Part shown: positions 1 to 12,310 of the stretch, one piece after another | How the letters are laid out: the number at the start of each line of letters is the position of its first letter | Position numbering within the stretch: position 1 is the stretch's first letter | From: Antedon mediterranea | Taxonomy: Eukaryota; Animalia; Echinodermata | NCBI RefSeq assembly: GCF_964355755.1 | Contig: NC_092676.1 | Location: 17,626,871 to 17,690,870, forward strand | DNA: 64,000 bases | Direction of reading: 5' to 3' | Notes under the pieces: model-generated | Seen by the model: only the letters and a program-made list of their open reading frames with translations | What the model was told of the DNA's origin: nothing | The model's database searches: none | Position numbers and translations under genes: made by a program

Positions 1-3000
1 TTCGTATCAGGACCATTCCAGGCTGATTCTTCGTGACCGTTCAAATATAAATGGTCACTATTAAATCTTCTCATTTCCCCATAACCCATTGTCCGCTCCG
101 CCATATACTGACCAAACTCGATCATGTCTTCACGCGATAGGTAACGTTTATGGACATCTTTCCATTTACCCTCCATATTTACGTCATGAGTTATCCCTGC
201 TTTTTGATAGTGACGCCCTATGGCGACGTAATCATCTTGTAAGTCGCGTCCTTTATTATCATAACAGTGGACTTCAGGTTTGACATTCAAATGGTATTTA
301 TTAGATCTGTTACATTTTTTCTTATGTTTACAACATAAGTAGCAAAATATGATAGTGATTATTGTTGACGTCGATGTTACTATAGCTGTTACGATAATAA
401 CAACCAGATTGTTCCGCGATACATTGGTTGTTAATGTTAGATTTGATGTTTGTATCTGTATAGTTTTTGTATCTTGCCCCATTACATTGGTTGCAGTGCA
501 TCTGTATTCTTCAATTCTTGTATCTGTGATTTCTGAAATCAGAAGTATGCCGTCAGTGATTTTGATTTCTGTGGTTTGAACCGTTTCAATATTTGTACAA
601 TTTATTTTAGGTATTGGAATTCCGTAAGCCATGCACGTTATGTTAAATTTACCTCTAGCGTTGGGAACTACTACATTAGAAACGAAGTCAACAACTGGCG
701 GTTTACAAACCATCTCATCCACTGGCAAATCAAAAACGTCTTGTAGGTAAAATTCATTTGGCGATTGGCATATTATCTGTGAATTGTCTAGGAAAGGAAA
801 CGTTTCCTTATCTGAAAATAATTTCAGAAACTCTTTAAAAAAACAGTCACAACTCCAGGGATTATTTTGCAAACGAAGTTGACGAATGTTCGGTAGTTTC
901 CCAAATGCATTGCGATTTAAGTTAGTCAAGCAAGTATTCTGTAAATTTAATAGTTCTAAGTGCTTTAATTCACCGAAAGCAAGTGCCTCTATTTGTTGTA
1001 AACACATGCCAGACAAGTCCAATTCTAGTAACGCTTTGAAATTTGTAAAAGAAGAATTTCCGACGAATGTGATATTGTTATTTGAAAGATCTAGCACAGT
1101 TACGTAACTCATACTATGTATACTCGGAATTTCTGTCAAGATATTTGCTTTCAAAATCAGATGCCTTAGTTCTGGAAAAATATCAAAAGTTTCAGTTGAT
1201 ACAGATTTGATATGGTTAAATGACAGATCAAGTAATTGTATATTTTTCCAATTACAGTCAGTGGGACCATTGACGGTTTGAATACGGTTGTGATGCAATG
1301 AAAGCTCTTTCACGTTTTCATGACAGTAAAATAGGATTTCTTCTGAATTTTTTATCTTATTATTAGAGAGAAAGATGCTTTCTAAATTCAAAGAATGTTG
1401 AAATGCGTTTGCTTCAATTGAGTGTATATTATTTCTAGATAAATCCAGTTTGATAAGAGATGACAATCCATTTAAGGTTTCTCTTGATATGTGATCAATG
1501 TTGTTTCTACGAAGATTCAGCTCTAACAGACTAATCAATGACGACAATGATTTATTAGTTATTGAGTGGATGTTATTGTTTTCAAGATTTAGATACTTCA
1601 AATGTTTTTGGCCCGTGAACAGGTCTACTGACAACTCTTTGATTAAGTTGCCACTTATGTCCAGCCTTACGAGACGCTTCATTTTTGAAAATGTGTGACC
1701 CGGTAAATCAATTATACTATTAACAGAAATATCCAAGTCTACAACGGTAACTAATCCTTCAAACGAATCTTCTTCGATTGTATCAATAGAGTTAAAAGAA
1801 ATGTTTAAAAACGAAAGAGTTCTTAGGCCGCTGAAAACAAATCGCGGCAGTGTTTTTATTTGGTTAAGTGACAGGTCAAGTCGTTCCAGACTAGATAATT
1901 TGTTAAAACTATCTGAAAGACTTTTTACTTTATTTTTGCTGATATCAATTGTTCTCAGTGATTCTGCGACGTTGGAAAATGCACTATTACCAATAAATGC
2001 AATTTGATTGTTAGAAAAGTTTAGTTCTTCAAGTCTGTTCATATTGTTGAAAAGATTTCCAGTTAGTTTAGTTACGTTATTACAACTTAACAGAATTGTA
2101 GTGATATTCGGCAAATTAGAAATTTGATCTAATTTTCTATCTGATATGCTATTATTGTTTAAATTTAAAAATTGAAGACTGGGAAAATCTGATAATCCAA
2201 CTTGCGTTATGTTATTATCTTGCAAATACAGTTTAGAAAGTGTGTTCGTTTGGCAAAAAGTTTCAGCGTGTACCGCCTTAAGATTATTTCTTTCAAGATG
2301 AATTTCGGTAAGTTTATTGTTGTTCCGAAAAAGACATTTTGGCAACTTTAAAATGTTATTGTCCTGGAAATATATAGCCCGTAAGCTATCGTAATTTCCC
2401 AAACTTACATTATTCAGCGTTAGTATCCGGTTGTCACTAAAATCCATCGTATGTATTGAGTGTAGTGGATAACTGGATGGTATACTTGCCAAGAGATTTC
2501 CGCTAAAATTAGCAAATTGCAATCCTTTCGTATTTTCAAGAACTAGTTTATCTGTACTGTGAATAAAGTTTTTTTCAACACTCAAAACTCGTAAATTCTT
2601 AATGTTATGTAATTTCAAATTGGCTAACATGTTTGATCCAAAATGAAGTTCTTCTATAGAGTTAGGAAAACGAAAACCTTGAAAGGATGAACCAGTAAAT
2701 TTATTACCTCTCAAATCAAGAATTTTAAGTTTACCAAATTTCAGAAACGCGTCAACATTGAGGGTCGATAATTCATTGTTACGCAAATAAAGGTTTTCTA
2801 AAAGTGTGCATTGCGGACAAAATTTATTAGAAAGTGTACGTATCATGTTATCGTTAATATTTATTGTTCGTATGTTTGTGCAATTGATAAACATTCCATT
2901 AGGTAAAATTCGTAATTTATTTCCACGTAAATTAATGTTTTCAAAGAAAGGTAAATCGACAAATGCTTCTTCTTCAATCGTTTTTACCTCGTTTAACGAT

Positions 3001-3278
3001 ATATTGATGAACATTAGCTTCTCTAAATGATGGAATTGCTTATAAGATATAGTACTTATTTGGTTTTCTTCTAATAATATTTGTTGCGTGTCCTTTGGAA
3101 ATTCTATCGGAACATAACGATGAGTCTGGCGTTGACAATTAACAGAAGTAGTTGCTAATTCGGTAAGGTTACATTCACATGAGCAGAATAATGGACACGT
3201 TTCTGTGGATTCAACAATATTAAAGGCATGTACGCACAGCATGACAATTACAGATATTAGGATAAAGAACTTCTTCAT
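1..3278 (-). CDS. Leucine-rich-repeat / Ig-domain single-pass transmembrane receptor (LIG-type); 3' end lies beyond the window
   Basis: Manual translation from ATG 3278: signal peptide MKKFFILISVIVMLCVHA, LRRNT CPLFCSCECN, many LxxLxLxxNxI repeats, LRRCT LQNNPWSCDC..CQSP, Ig domain (NITCMAYGIPIP..YRCTATNVMG), TM LVVIIVTAIVTSTSTIITIIFCYLCC, then KHKKK and a cytoplasmic tail. Same frame checked at 3278, 872 and 5. The ORF track lists no minus-strand ORF here, consistent with no stop before the edge (>1090 codons). Confidence 0.93.
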   Translation of the reverse strand, partial: MKKFFILISVIVMLCVHAFNIVESTETCPLFCSCECNLTELATTSVNCQRQTHRYVPIEFPKDTQQILLEENQISTISYKQFHHLEKLMFINISLNEVKTIEEEAFVDLPFFENINLRGNKLRILPNGMFINCTNIRTININDNMIRTLSNKFCPQCTLLENLYLRNNELSTLNVDAFLKFGKLKILDLRGNKFTGSSFQGFRFPNSIEELHFGSNMLANLKLHNIKNLRVLSVEKNFIHSTDKLVLENTKGLQFANFSGNLLASIPSSYPLHSIHTMDFSDNRILTLNNVSLGNYDSLRAIYFQDNNILKLPKCLFRNNNKLTEIHLERNNLKAVHAETFCQTNTLSKLYLQDNNITQVGLSDFPSLQFLNLNNNSISDRKLDQISNLPNITTILLSCNNVTKLTGNLFNNMNRLEELNFSNNQIAFIGNSAFSNVAESLRTIDISKNKVKSLSDSFNKLSSLERLDLSLNQIKTLPRFVFSGLRTLSFLNISFNSIDTIEEDSFEGLVTVVDLDISVNSIIDLPGHTFSKMKRLVRLDISGNLIKELSVDLFTGQKHLKYLNLENNNIHSITNKSLSSLISLLELNLRRNNIDHISRETLNGLSSLIKLDLSRNNIHSIEANAFQHSLNLESIFLSNNKIKNSEEILFYCHENVKELSLHHNRIQTVNGPTDCNWKNIQLLDLSFNHIKSVSTETFDIFPELRHLILKANILTEIPSIHSMSYVTVLDLSNNNITFVGNSSFTNFKALLELDLSGMCLQQIEALAFGELKHLELLNLQNTCLTNLNRNAFGKLPNIRQLRLQNNPWSCDCFFKEFLKLFSDKETFPFLDNSQIICQSPNEFYLQDVFDLPVDEMVCKPPVVDFVSNVVVPNARGKFNITCMAYGIPIPKINCTNIETVQTTEIKITDGILLISEITDTRIEEYRCTATNVMGQDTKTIQIQTSNLTLTTNVSRNNLVVIIVTAIVTSTSTIITIIFCYLCCKHKKKCNRSNKYHLNVKPEVHCYDNKGRDLQDDYVAIGRHYQKAGITHDVNMEGKWKDVHKRYLSREDMIEFGQYMAERTMGYGEMRRFNSDHLYLNGHEESAWNGPDT

Positions 3279-3640
3279 GACTGCTTGATGATATTGTGAA
3301 CTGTTGTCAACTATGATACGATTTTTCCACATCAGAGAACCTGTAGAGAGACGAGACAATTACTAGACAGTTCAACTGTAGTGGTTACTAACACATTGAC
3401 GGCTAAACAAATCAATTTTGCATATCTCAAATAATGTTTTTCAATTTCTATTAGAAGACTTCTGAATACTGTAGTTTTTGCACTAACTATAAGTCTGTGA
3501 GGTAATTTGTCTTAAAATGACGAATCCAAGCTCTTTTTGGTATATAAACGCTCACATTAGACATTAATAAAACTCCGATTACAAACCAAAACAAACATCG
3601 TTAGACTATACAAATTTAAAGCCTTCCTACCTGATAATAC
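3279..3640 (-). other. Probable 5'-UTR intron of the LRR gene (acceptor near 3341, candidate donor near 3630)
   Basis: Minus strand reads ctctctacag|GTTCTC about 60 nt upstream of the ATG, and cag|gtaggaag at 3631/3630. Confidence 0.4.
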
Positions 3641-4889
3641 GTATTTGTATTTTGCTGTTGTAAAGTTGCGTCTTTCCAAACCGTTTACTATAACATAACA
3701 AATTGAAATGACAGTAATGACTAATAGTTTCTACTAAGTGTTTACTATAAAATAGCACGGTTGAATTCAAGAGGAATAGAACAGTTGTGAATAAAATACA
3801 CCTACACCACTTCAGATTCGCTTATCTCTTATAATTATTTCTATTTCAAAAATCTTCTTTTGTTCCACATTGTTGGATTTATATTTTAAACGTACTACAG
3901 ATCTTTAGAATCGTCGAGTTGTACTCAAACCACTAATATGTCAAGTGGGATGTGGCAGTGAATACATTCCCACTACAGATATAGAACTATGTGAACACTA
4001 AAAAAGTGTTACACAAATTTACATTCTTCTTTGTTAGGCCTATCATTATTATAATCGAATTCATTACTGCCGGTATCTAGCGGCAATAAAAAGGTTGCTA
4101 CGGCCTATCGTATCTGCATCTGCATATCCATAACATTTAACACCTAACTAATAACTTAAACCACCTTTTACCACGCTCTAACTTAATAATAAATAAATTC
4201 GGAAATTTAAAAAATGCTTATACTAGATCTCGATGACAGTGCTCTGTTTACCCTATCAAACATTGTGTGACAAATAAATGTGATGTGTCCATATATGGAC
4301 ATGCTGATGTCATATCACTACAATATTTGGGCACATCACACTATTTTTGTCAAACTAGTTTGATAGTATAGACAGTGCTTAAGACGAAAGATTAAAAAAA
4401 ATTAAGAAAGCAAGATTTCTCACGCTGTATATACAAAAGGAATTGTTGTAATACCTCGTCATTCCACATAAGTGCTTTTAAATGTACTTGAACTCTGAAA
4501 GCACAATATAACCGTAGTTATTTTATCAAACACAATAAATTTCAAGAAAAATAATATTTACATTTCCGTTTTCAACATTTTGTTCTGATTGGCACTTTTA
4601 AAATGAACTATTGTTATGAACAAATTGTAATAAGTACTTTCAGATAATACAATACATAGCGTTATTAATAACTTTGATCCTCTTACCATATGGCCCGGGT
4701 CAAACTAATTCTGTTATTCTAAAGAAACAAAGTAGACGATACAGCACACATTGATGATTGATATTTATTCGCTATTAGTTTTAAAACAGTTCAATCGGTT
4801 AAAAATGGCGCTGTGGTGTTCTTGGTTCTTAGTGTGATAATCCCTTTTGTAGCTGAAACAAGCTGGGTGTAGTTGAACCTGATATAAAC

Positions 4890-5085
4890 AACAACAAGCC
4901 CCATAACTGCTTTAACAGTAATTAACAGGGGTCGATTTGAACCAGGACACCGGGGGTAGCCTCCTACTCATCACGAAAAATATCCTGGGTTATTTAGAGT
5001 GCACACGGGACATATGTTTTTAAGTCTACCACCAGAATTATCTCTTTCGTTTGCGTCGCCCCAGCATTAACCGCTCGGCCACTAG
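4890..5085 (-). mobile_element. tRNA-derived SINE (degenerate)
   Basis: Minus strand begins agtggccgagcggttaa (box A-like). It shares ttctggtggtaga and gagtaggagg with the copy at 49490. Confidence 0.55.
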
Positions 5086-5399
5086 AGACTCGACATGTGA
5101 TGTATAAAAAACTTAAGTTTATCATAAAAACGTTACATTAAAATGAACAATTTACACCAAAGAAATACTGGAAATGCATTTGATTGGATAGTGAATTTTT
5201 TTAAACCTTCGGCTTGGTACGTTGCTATAACAACCATCATTTGTGTATGCACACATAAAGATCAAGCTGATGTATATTATATGTATGTATATATAATTTG
5301 AAATGATAAAGATAAGGAAATTCTAACTTCTCTAATAATGTTAGGCCTAACAATCTGTTATTAGGTATTCCCAATCGTGGTATATGATCCCTATCATCA

Positions 5400-6100
5400 C
5401 TCTACAGCTCACTATGTCGGTCGGTCGGTCGGTAAACACTAACTTGTATATGGCCTTGTCTTGATATCAGTTTCATCTAGTTATGTCAATTTTTAAAGTA
5501 TATGGCCAGGAATCGACGTGGTTATGTTTTTACGGTGAGCAATAAAGAATTACGCGGACTACGGACGATTTAACGAAATCACGTTCGTAATCATATCTTC
5601 ACAAGCATGAATCACAATTAAATACATTTTTTACTCAAAAATTTCAGGTCATATTTCATCATAATTATGGCACTATAATTACGTGCGTAGCGCATATAAT
5701 GCATGCGTACGCGCGCTTAAAATTGTCAAAATTTATTTTCGATGAAATTAAAGTACGTTTCAGGCAATTTGAAGCGTTTAAAAAATTGCCATGAGTCCGC
5801 AGATTTTTGCACGCGCACTGCGCGTTAAACGTTAGTGCGCACTCTTTTGGCCCGATTTCGGTTTTACAACCTTTCTTTAATAATATCATCAAGAAACTCC
5901 ATGTTTTTCTGCTCTTGCCACCTCTTCTGATAATCTATAAGATTTCCTTTTTCATCTAACACCTCCTTTAAAGCAAATTGCAGCATCAACTGTAGTATTT
6001 TTACTTTAATCTACAGCTCACTATGTCAGTCGGTTGGTCGGTCGGTTTGTCGGTCGGTAAACACTAACTCAAATTTGGGCACGCGACTGCAGCCATGACA
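5400..6100. mobile_element. DINE-1/Helentron-like non-autonomous repeat fragments with (gtcg)n microsatellite
   Basis: The motif tctacagctcactatgtcggtcggtc..gtaaacactaact occurs at 5400 and 6010. It is related to the compact copy at 8939. Confidence 0.5.
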
Positions 6101-7531
6101 TTGTTTTTAAATAAACGAGTGTAATTTTTTTGGAGCTCCTTTCACACATTTTATCAATATTTGTAGTATTTTGGTGAATGTGTGGGAAATGAATGAAACA
6201 AACCTAGCTTTTTTTTTTGCATTCAACAGCGGAAAACCCGCCACTATCAGAATGAAAATATTCGTTTAAAAACGAAATTAGCCCAGATGTTATCTAGAAA
6301 AATATTTTTCGCTTCAACCATTTGAAATAATTTACAGAAAAAGAAACTTCGATCTTACCCTCTTTTATTATGTACTTCATTTACGAAATACATATAATAA
6401 TACAATTGAATCAATAAGTTTTTACGTCATATCAGTCAGTTATCTTGTCGATTTTTTCATTTTGATTCAGTGTGGGGCATTTGAACTACTGTACCTGATC
6501 AATACGTGGTGACCTACAAATTGTCCCCCTGCCTAAATAATTAATTCATCATCAACACTCTTGCCTTTGCCTGCCTATGTGATGTTAACTCTACCCACAG
6601 TATTTCCCACAACGAATGTGCATGTAGAGAGCGTCGATACTCGGTTGATAGTTCTCGAACATAAAAAGCAGATGATTGAAGTAGGCCTATTGCTACACAA
6701 GAAAATCACATATTTGTACTATTTCAATAAAATTTTATTGTTACTGAATTTTATTTATAACGTCTCCTTCGAGTTTCATAGTATTCCTGTAGGCTAATTA
6801 TTTAACATAGTTTGTGTTTATGAGTGTGAATAAATTAAATGGATTGCTTATTGATTACGAAATCGTCACGAGGGTCTTTAAAATCAATTACTGTGTACAG
6901 ATTAACAATACCAGTATAAATCATTAATTTATTCTAGTTTCAATAATAATAAGATCACAAAAATATTTACCTATAGATTAACTACTATTATTATGTATAC
7001 AGTATAAATTAATTTATTATAAATCCAAAGGCAAATTACTGAAAAAAATGACAATGCTGTGGGTATCAGTGGCTGGATCTCAATGGAGATACAACAAAAA
7101 AGCGAAAAGCTAAATCAAAACGATAAAGTAAACAGCCAGAAAAGTTGGCAGAGCTTAATTTATTATAAATAAATAATTATGATTACTGAGTATTATATTA
7201 TTATCTTTTAAAGCATGAGGGAATTACGTTTCTCATCAATGCTTAAAACCCTTGATAAGATGCTGTTGATAGTCTAGTAATGTTACAACCAATGTATGCC
7301 TATTTGGTTAACTATAAATATAATCAAAATACAAATGAATTACACTACAAAATGTGTATGGCCATGGCATTTGAATGAAATACTAAGCCAGGATATAATT
7401 CTGCATATAAATAATATCTAACACTACAGGATTCCAACAACACCGACAACCAATGAATACAGAATGACTTTGCTTGAATAACTTTCTTGAGTTAGAATAT
7501 GCTAGTACTTGCTTTCTTTTCCAACATATCC

Positions 7532-7570
7532 TTACTGTGGTGGTGGGTAGTAGTAGGCAGGAGGTGGTGC
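7532..7570 (-). CDS. Gly/His-rich mini-protein, exon 3 (APPPAYYYPPPQ*)
   Basis: Acceptor tttttgttatag|, 12 codons then TAA. CA|gtaagg could instead be a donor leading to a further exon. Confidence 0.75.
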   Translation of the reverse strand, partial: APPPAYYYPPPQ

Positions 7571-7874
7571 CTATAACAAAAATTAAAACATTATTCAATA
7601 AATGTCGATAATGCTTCCTGTTAATCCCATCGGATTTTTTATTTCTAAAGCTTTGTCTGGCAAACTTTAGAGTTTGGCAAGAAACAATGTTCAAAGTTTA
7701 AACCAGTTGAGAAAAACTTTCACGTTTTATAAATTTTCAAATTCCATTCACCTTTGACAATTAATTATTAAACAATTAAATTAGACAATTTAATTAGCAA
7801 AGATGTGAACGCGAATGTAAATTATTAGAACTGAAAGACATTTTATAACCAATAATGGCTGTGTATAATTTTAC

Positions 7875-8012
7875 CTGTACGTGTACAACTTTAGTTTCTG
7901 GTTGCGATCTTGAGCTTGCAACTGCTGCTCCTGCAACTGCACCAACGGCTAAAGCTGCAACTGGAGCTCCGTGGTGGTGATGACCGCGACCATGGTGATG
8001 ATGGTGTCCTCT
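7875..8012 (-). CDS. Gly/His-rich mini-protein, exon 2 (RGHHHHHGRGHHHHGAPVAALAVGAVAGAAVASSRSQPETKVVHVQ)
   Basis: Acceptor ttttattgcag|, donor CAG|gtaaaa, 138 nt, phase 0-0. Lies inside ORF 7794..8057. Confidence 0.85.
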
Positions 8013-8525
8013 CTGCAATAAAAACATGACAATCGTACTACAGACAATACCGTACATACAATAATAGTATCGTAACTAAAAACACTTGTTATCAACTTCC
8101 GATTTCTAAGTATTTCCTTATTTATTCACTAGTTCAATAGACTGTAGCCTAATTTTCGGAAATGTGCACATTTCTTTCGAAACAAATTCTTGAATTGTTT
8201 CAATATATCGAGGAAAAAAATCAAAGAATATCGTCTGAAATACAAACACGAAACGAAATAAATGTAGGACTATTCCATATTGCAATTTAGTGAAGAAAAG
8301 TAATAAAAATAAAAAATAAAACAAAAGCAATTGCCATAATCATCACAATAACAATACTAGGCATGATTATTAAAAAATCATATGCCTATTTCAAAACTGA
8401 CCGCCTGATTAAACTCTATTATTTTATGAGTGGAAATCTAAGTATATAGGCCTAAATCATATTTCTATTTTCACTCAAACCAGGAAGCATTTAAAGCTCA
8501 ACTCTGTAATAACATTTGAACTTAC

Positions 8526-8591
8526 GCCTCCATGATGTCCCCCGCCGTGGTGGCCGCCGCCGCCTCCGTGATGTCCTCCACCTCTAGGCAT
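8526..8591 (-). CDS. Gly/His-rich mini-protein, coding exon 1 (MPRGGGHHGGGGGHHGGGHHGG)
   Basis: ATG at 8591, 22 GC-rich codons in an AT-rich background, donor GGC|gtaag, phase 0. Confidence 0.8.
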
Positions 8592-8938
8592 TGTGTATTT
8601 CTGTAGGATTCAACGGTGTTCTTCGAAATAGGCGATGTTAACAAGATGACTTGTTACGGATACTAATGAAAATTATATTATTTGTTGGCTTTTATCTTGT
8701 TGTTAATACAAAAGTTACTGGTATTATTCATGTGATTACTTCATTATAATTGTAAATATGTTAATTATATTGTCTTTGTTATACATTATTCATAGCTGTA
8801 TCAACAGGTATTGTCATCATTATCAACATCATCGACACAGAATTAATGGTATATGCCTATCATTGTTAGAAAATACTGCTGGTTAAAGTCTTAAAACCAA
8901 TACACAATGGTTTTTCAACCAATGTGTTCAACATTTTC

Positions 8939-9033
8939 TAGTCGCGTGCAACGCGACTCTACAACTCACTATATCGGTCGGTTGGTAAACACTAACTTGA
9001 GCACGCGACTGCAGCCATGTACATGACCTTGTT
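8939..9033 (+). mobile_element. Compact DINE-1/Helentron-like element
   Basis: Subterminal inverted repeats gtcgcgtg / cacgcgac, gtcg microsatellite, short 3' hairpin (catgtacatg), T-rich ends. Confidence 0.5.
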
Positions 9034-11739
9034 CAATATGAACTTTAAACAGGTTTAAAATGAAAAAATGAAAAAAACTTGAATATGCCATTTTGTAGTT
9101 TTAACTTTTGGAAAAATTATGATATTTATAGATTTCGCTTATTAAAATAACAAAATAAACAGTTAAATTTAATAACTTTTCTACCGAATGTTTGGTAAAC
9201 GGAAATAATTAATGTTATGTGATATTTAAATGGCGTATTAAAGACGTATTGTTCCCCAAAAACATGAAAAAGGAAGATTACTAATAAAAACTTTAAATGA
9301 CAGCCATTTCGCTGTTTTAATGAAATTAATTACAAACAATTATGTTTTCACTTGTAAAAAAGACAAAATAAACGGTTCAATCTAACCAAAAACCCATTGA
9401 CTTCCAGTATTTTTTGCCTCAAATTTTTCATTATGTGACATTAAAATGACAAATTCATCAAAAACATTTTTTATATATAAATTTTTTTTTTCAGTGAACA
9501 ATATAAATTCATAATTTATTTCAAATAAAATTGTCATTAATAGTGAGCGGTATAAACATAAACTAGACACGGGTACTGTTAATATGATTTAATTATTTTA
9601 TTTATTTCAACAATATTTTGTGAGGGTATCTCACCAAGCTGATCATTAGGGACAGACCCTCAACAATAATGAGAACAATGAATACAGTAGGCATATAAGA
9701 TAAAGATGTAAAAAAACATGAACAATGAATTAATATTAATTAAACCAGATTTTGAATAGATCATTATTATTAGTTTAGTAAAGTTAATCACTTCCGTATG
9801 ATGAAAAACCACAAAAATAATGTTTTCACTTATAAAATTACAAAATACTGTAAATGGTTAATTTCAACCAAAAGCCCGTTCTCTATGTGACTATTTTTTG
9901 CTTTAAATTACAGTTTTTTCAAGTAAATACATTTTTTTCGATCAAATTTTTGGTCAAAGTGAATAACTATTATGTGACATTAAAATGACATTTTCAACAA
10001 CAAAAAATGTTAAGAAGTATTTTTTCATTCGGAAAAAACATCTTTTAATAATAATAATAATAGGTTGATATAAAATAAAAGGCAAATTACTGACAAATTG
10101 TCAATGCTGTGGATATCAGTGGCTGGATCTCGATCGATGGAGATACAAAATAAAACAAGCTAAACAGCCAGAAAAATACCTGGATAGAGATAGAGAATGT
10201 AAAGCCATTAATCGCTGCCTCAATGGAACAAAATGAGACACAGGTTGGTGAATAGAGAGTGGTAGAAAACAATGAAGATATATATAACATTTATATTTAT
10301 ATCTTATCTGATTTTCCACAATCCTACGTTTTATAAACAAACAGCGACTTATTCTGGATTTTATCGTTGATCGTAGTCGGTGCTATGAGTAAAGAATGAA
10401 GGCATAAATATAGGGAATATTGTAACAATTTTCAAATTTTGTTTGTTTCTAAACATGGTCTGTACAATATATGTTTCTTTTTTATTGGCATGTTTTGTTG
10501 TGAAAACAGAAGAAATAATTAAGAAAATGAAAGAGAAATAAGTGAAAAGTACAATCCTGTTCATGTAAATTAAATTAAATCAAAAAATGTGTTTTCAATG
10601 TGTCTTTTTAATATACCACATAATAGTTATTCCCTTTGACCAACAATTATTTACCTGAACAAACTGTAATTTAAAATTAACTTGAAGTCAATTACAATCG
10701 AAGTATTGTAGTATTTGAAGTCAATCAAAAACCAATGGGTTTTCGGTTGACTTTAACCGTTTATTTTATCTTTTTATAAGTGAAATTATCTTCATCTTCA
10801 TTTCTCATGTTTTTGGGGAACAATAATTTAATACATGAACAACATTTTCTATTGTAAACGAATAATATGAATATTATGAAAATTCGAAACTAATTATTGT
10901 ATTCTGTAATTCCTGACGTCGGCCTATTATGCTTGATTGATGTAATTGAGAACCAGTTGAAAATAAATAAATTTGACCAAGAATGTGTTCTAATGTTCGA
11001 AAACATTTTTGTTTGTTTTTCACCGTGTAATTAGTCAAGCTTCATCAGGTATTTCGACATTTTAAAACCTGAAAATATGATATCACACTTACACTCTTCC
11101 GGAATAATTAGCAATTATTCCATCCTTCCGGAATCAATATAGTCAATATAAATTAATACCGTAATCTATAACGTAGACATACAGCATTAAGTTTATGATA
11201 TTCACATGCTTACTTTACCATTTTAACTTCTAACCCATTCGCACGTGTTGTGATCGATATCACCCTAAATCGGGCACCCTATATACCCTTTTTTCTGTGA
11301 ATGTGAACGAAACCATAGGCCTACCATAACAAATTTGACAACCAAAGCTTGTTTTGTTAAATTGTTGTCTGTTCTCATATATCTCATATCTTACAAAATT
11401 ATGTTCTTAACTTATATGGATCTTTGTAAATTGACAATGAACAACACAATTTGACAATAATTGAAGCCCTTAATAGTTAATGATATATGAAATAATCGAT
11501 TGTGTTAATTACAGTGTAGGCCTACCCAGTCGATTGGTATAGATTTAATAGAACGCCTTACATATAATCATTAGAAACGGTGTGGGTACCGACTCGATAC
11601 CAAACCATTTATACAGTGCACTATTGGTATTAAATACACTTTAAATGGTAAGTTTACAATTTTTTTAATATGAAGTGAATTAAAAATGTATTTATTAAGT
11701 ATAACAACTCATTGAGAATATTGCTAGGCTTACATAAGC

Positions 11740-12310
11740 ACTGTTACAGTGCTAGTAATTACAAAACTTATATAAGACAACTTGAGGGAGTTCAGCGTAG
11801 AGCAACTAAATTTATTTTAAATAATTTTGAAGCTGATTACAAATGCAGACTTCAAACATGCAATTTACTACCATTATGTTTTAGGCGTCACTTTACTGAT
11901 ATCGTTTTTCTCTTTAAGATTTTCAATTCTAATATAATTAATACCGACAATTTATTTAATATTCGTAATCCACGACGTGTTACTCGTAGCTCTTCTTCTG
12001 TTGGTACCGGTACTCTTTTTGATACTCGTCGCTGCAGAACTGAATCTTCTTTTCAATCATATATCCCACGTGTTACCAGAATTTGGAATAACTTAACCTG
12101 TGAAATCCGCAACTTAAATATTTCTGTTAGTTCTTTTAAAACCAAATTACTTAATTATCTCAATATTTATTTTTTAAATAATTTTGATATTGAAAATGTG
12201 TGTAGTTGGTCGCTTTCTTGTCGATGCTTTTATTGTAGAACGTAATTTATTTTTCTCTGTTCTGGGTTGACCAACTAGCATAGGTGTTTAGCACCTGTTT
12301 GGTCTTTCCG
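11740..12310 (+). mobile_element. 5'-truncated CR1/L2-clade LINE (RT C-terminus plus 3' UTR)
   Basis: ORF 11712..12245 contains LEGVQRRATKFIL, LLPLCFRR..D and PRVTRIWNNL, typical of the CR1-group ORF2 C-terminus. Confidence 0.85.

Noticed and set aside
89-3030. Plus-strand ORFs with LRR-like periodicity
   Set aside because: Antisense shadows of the minus-strand LRR gene.
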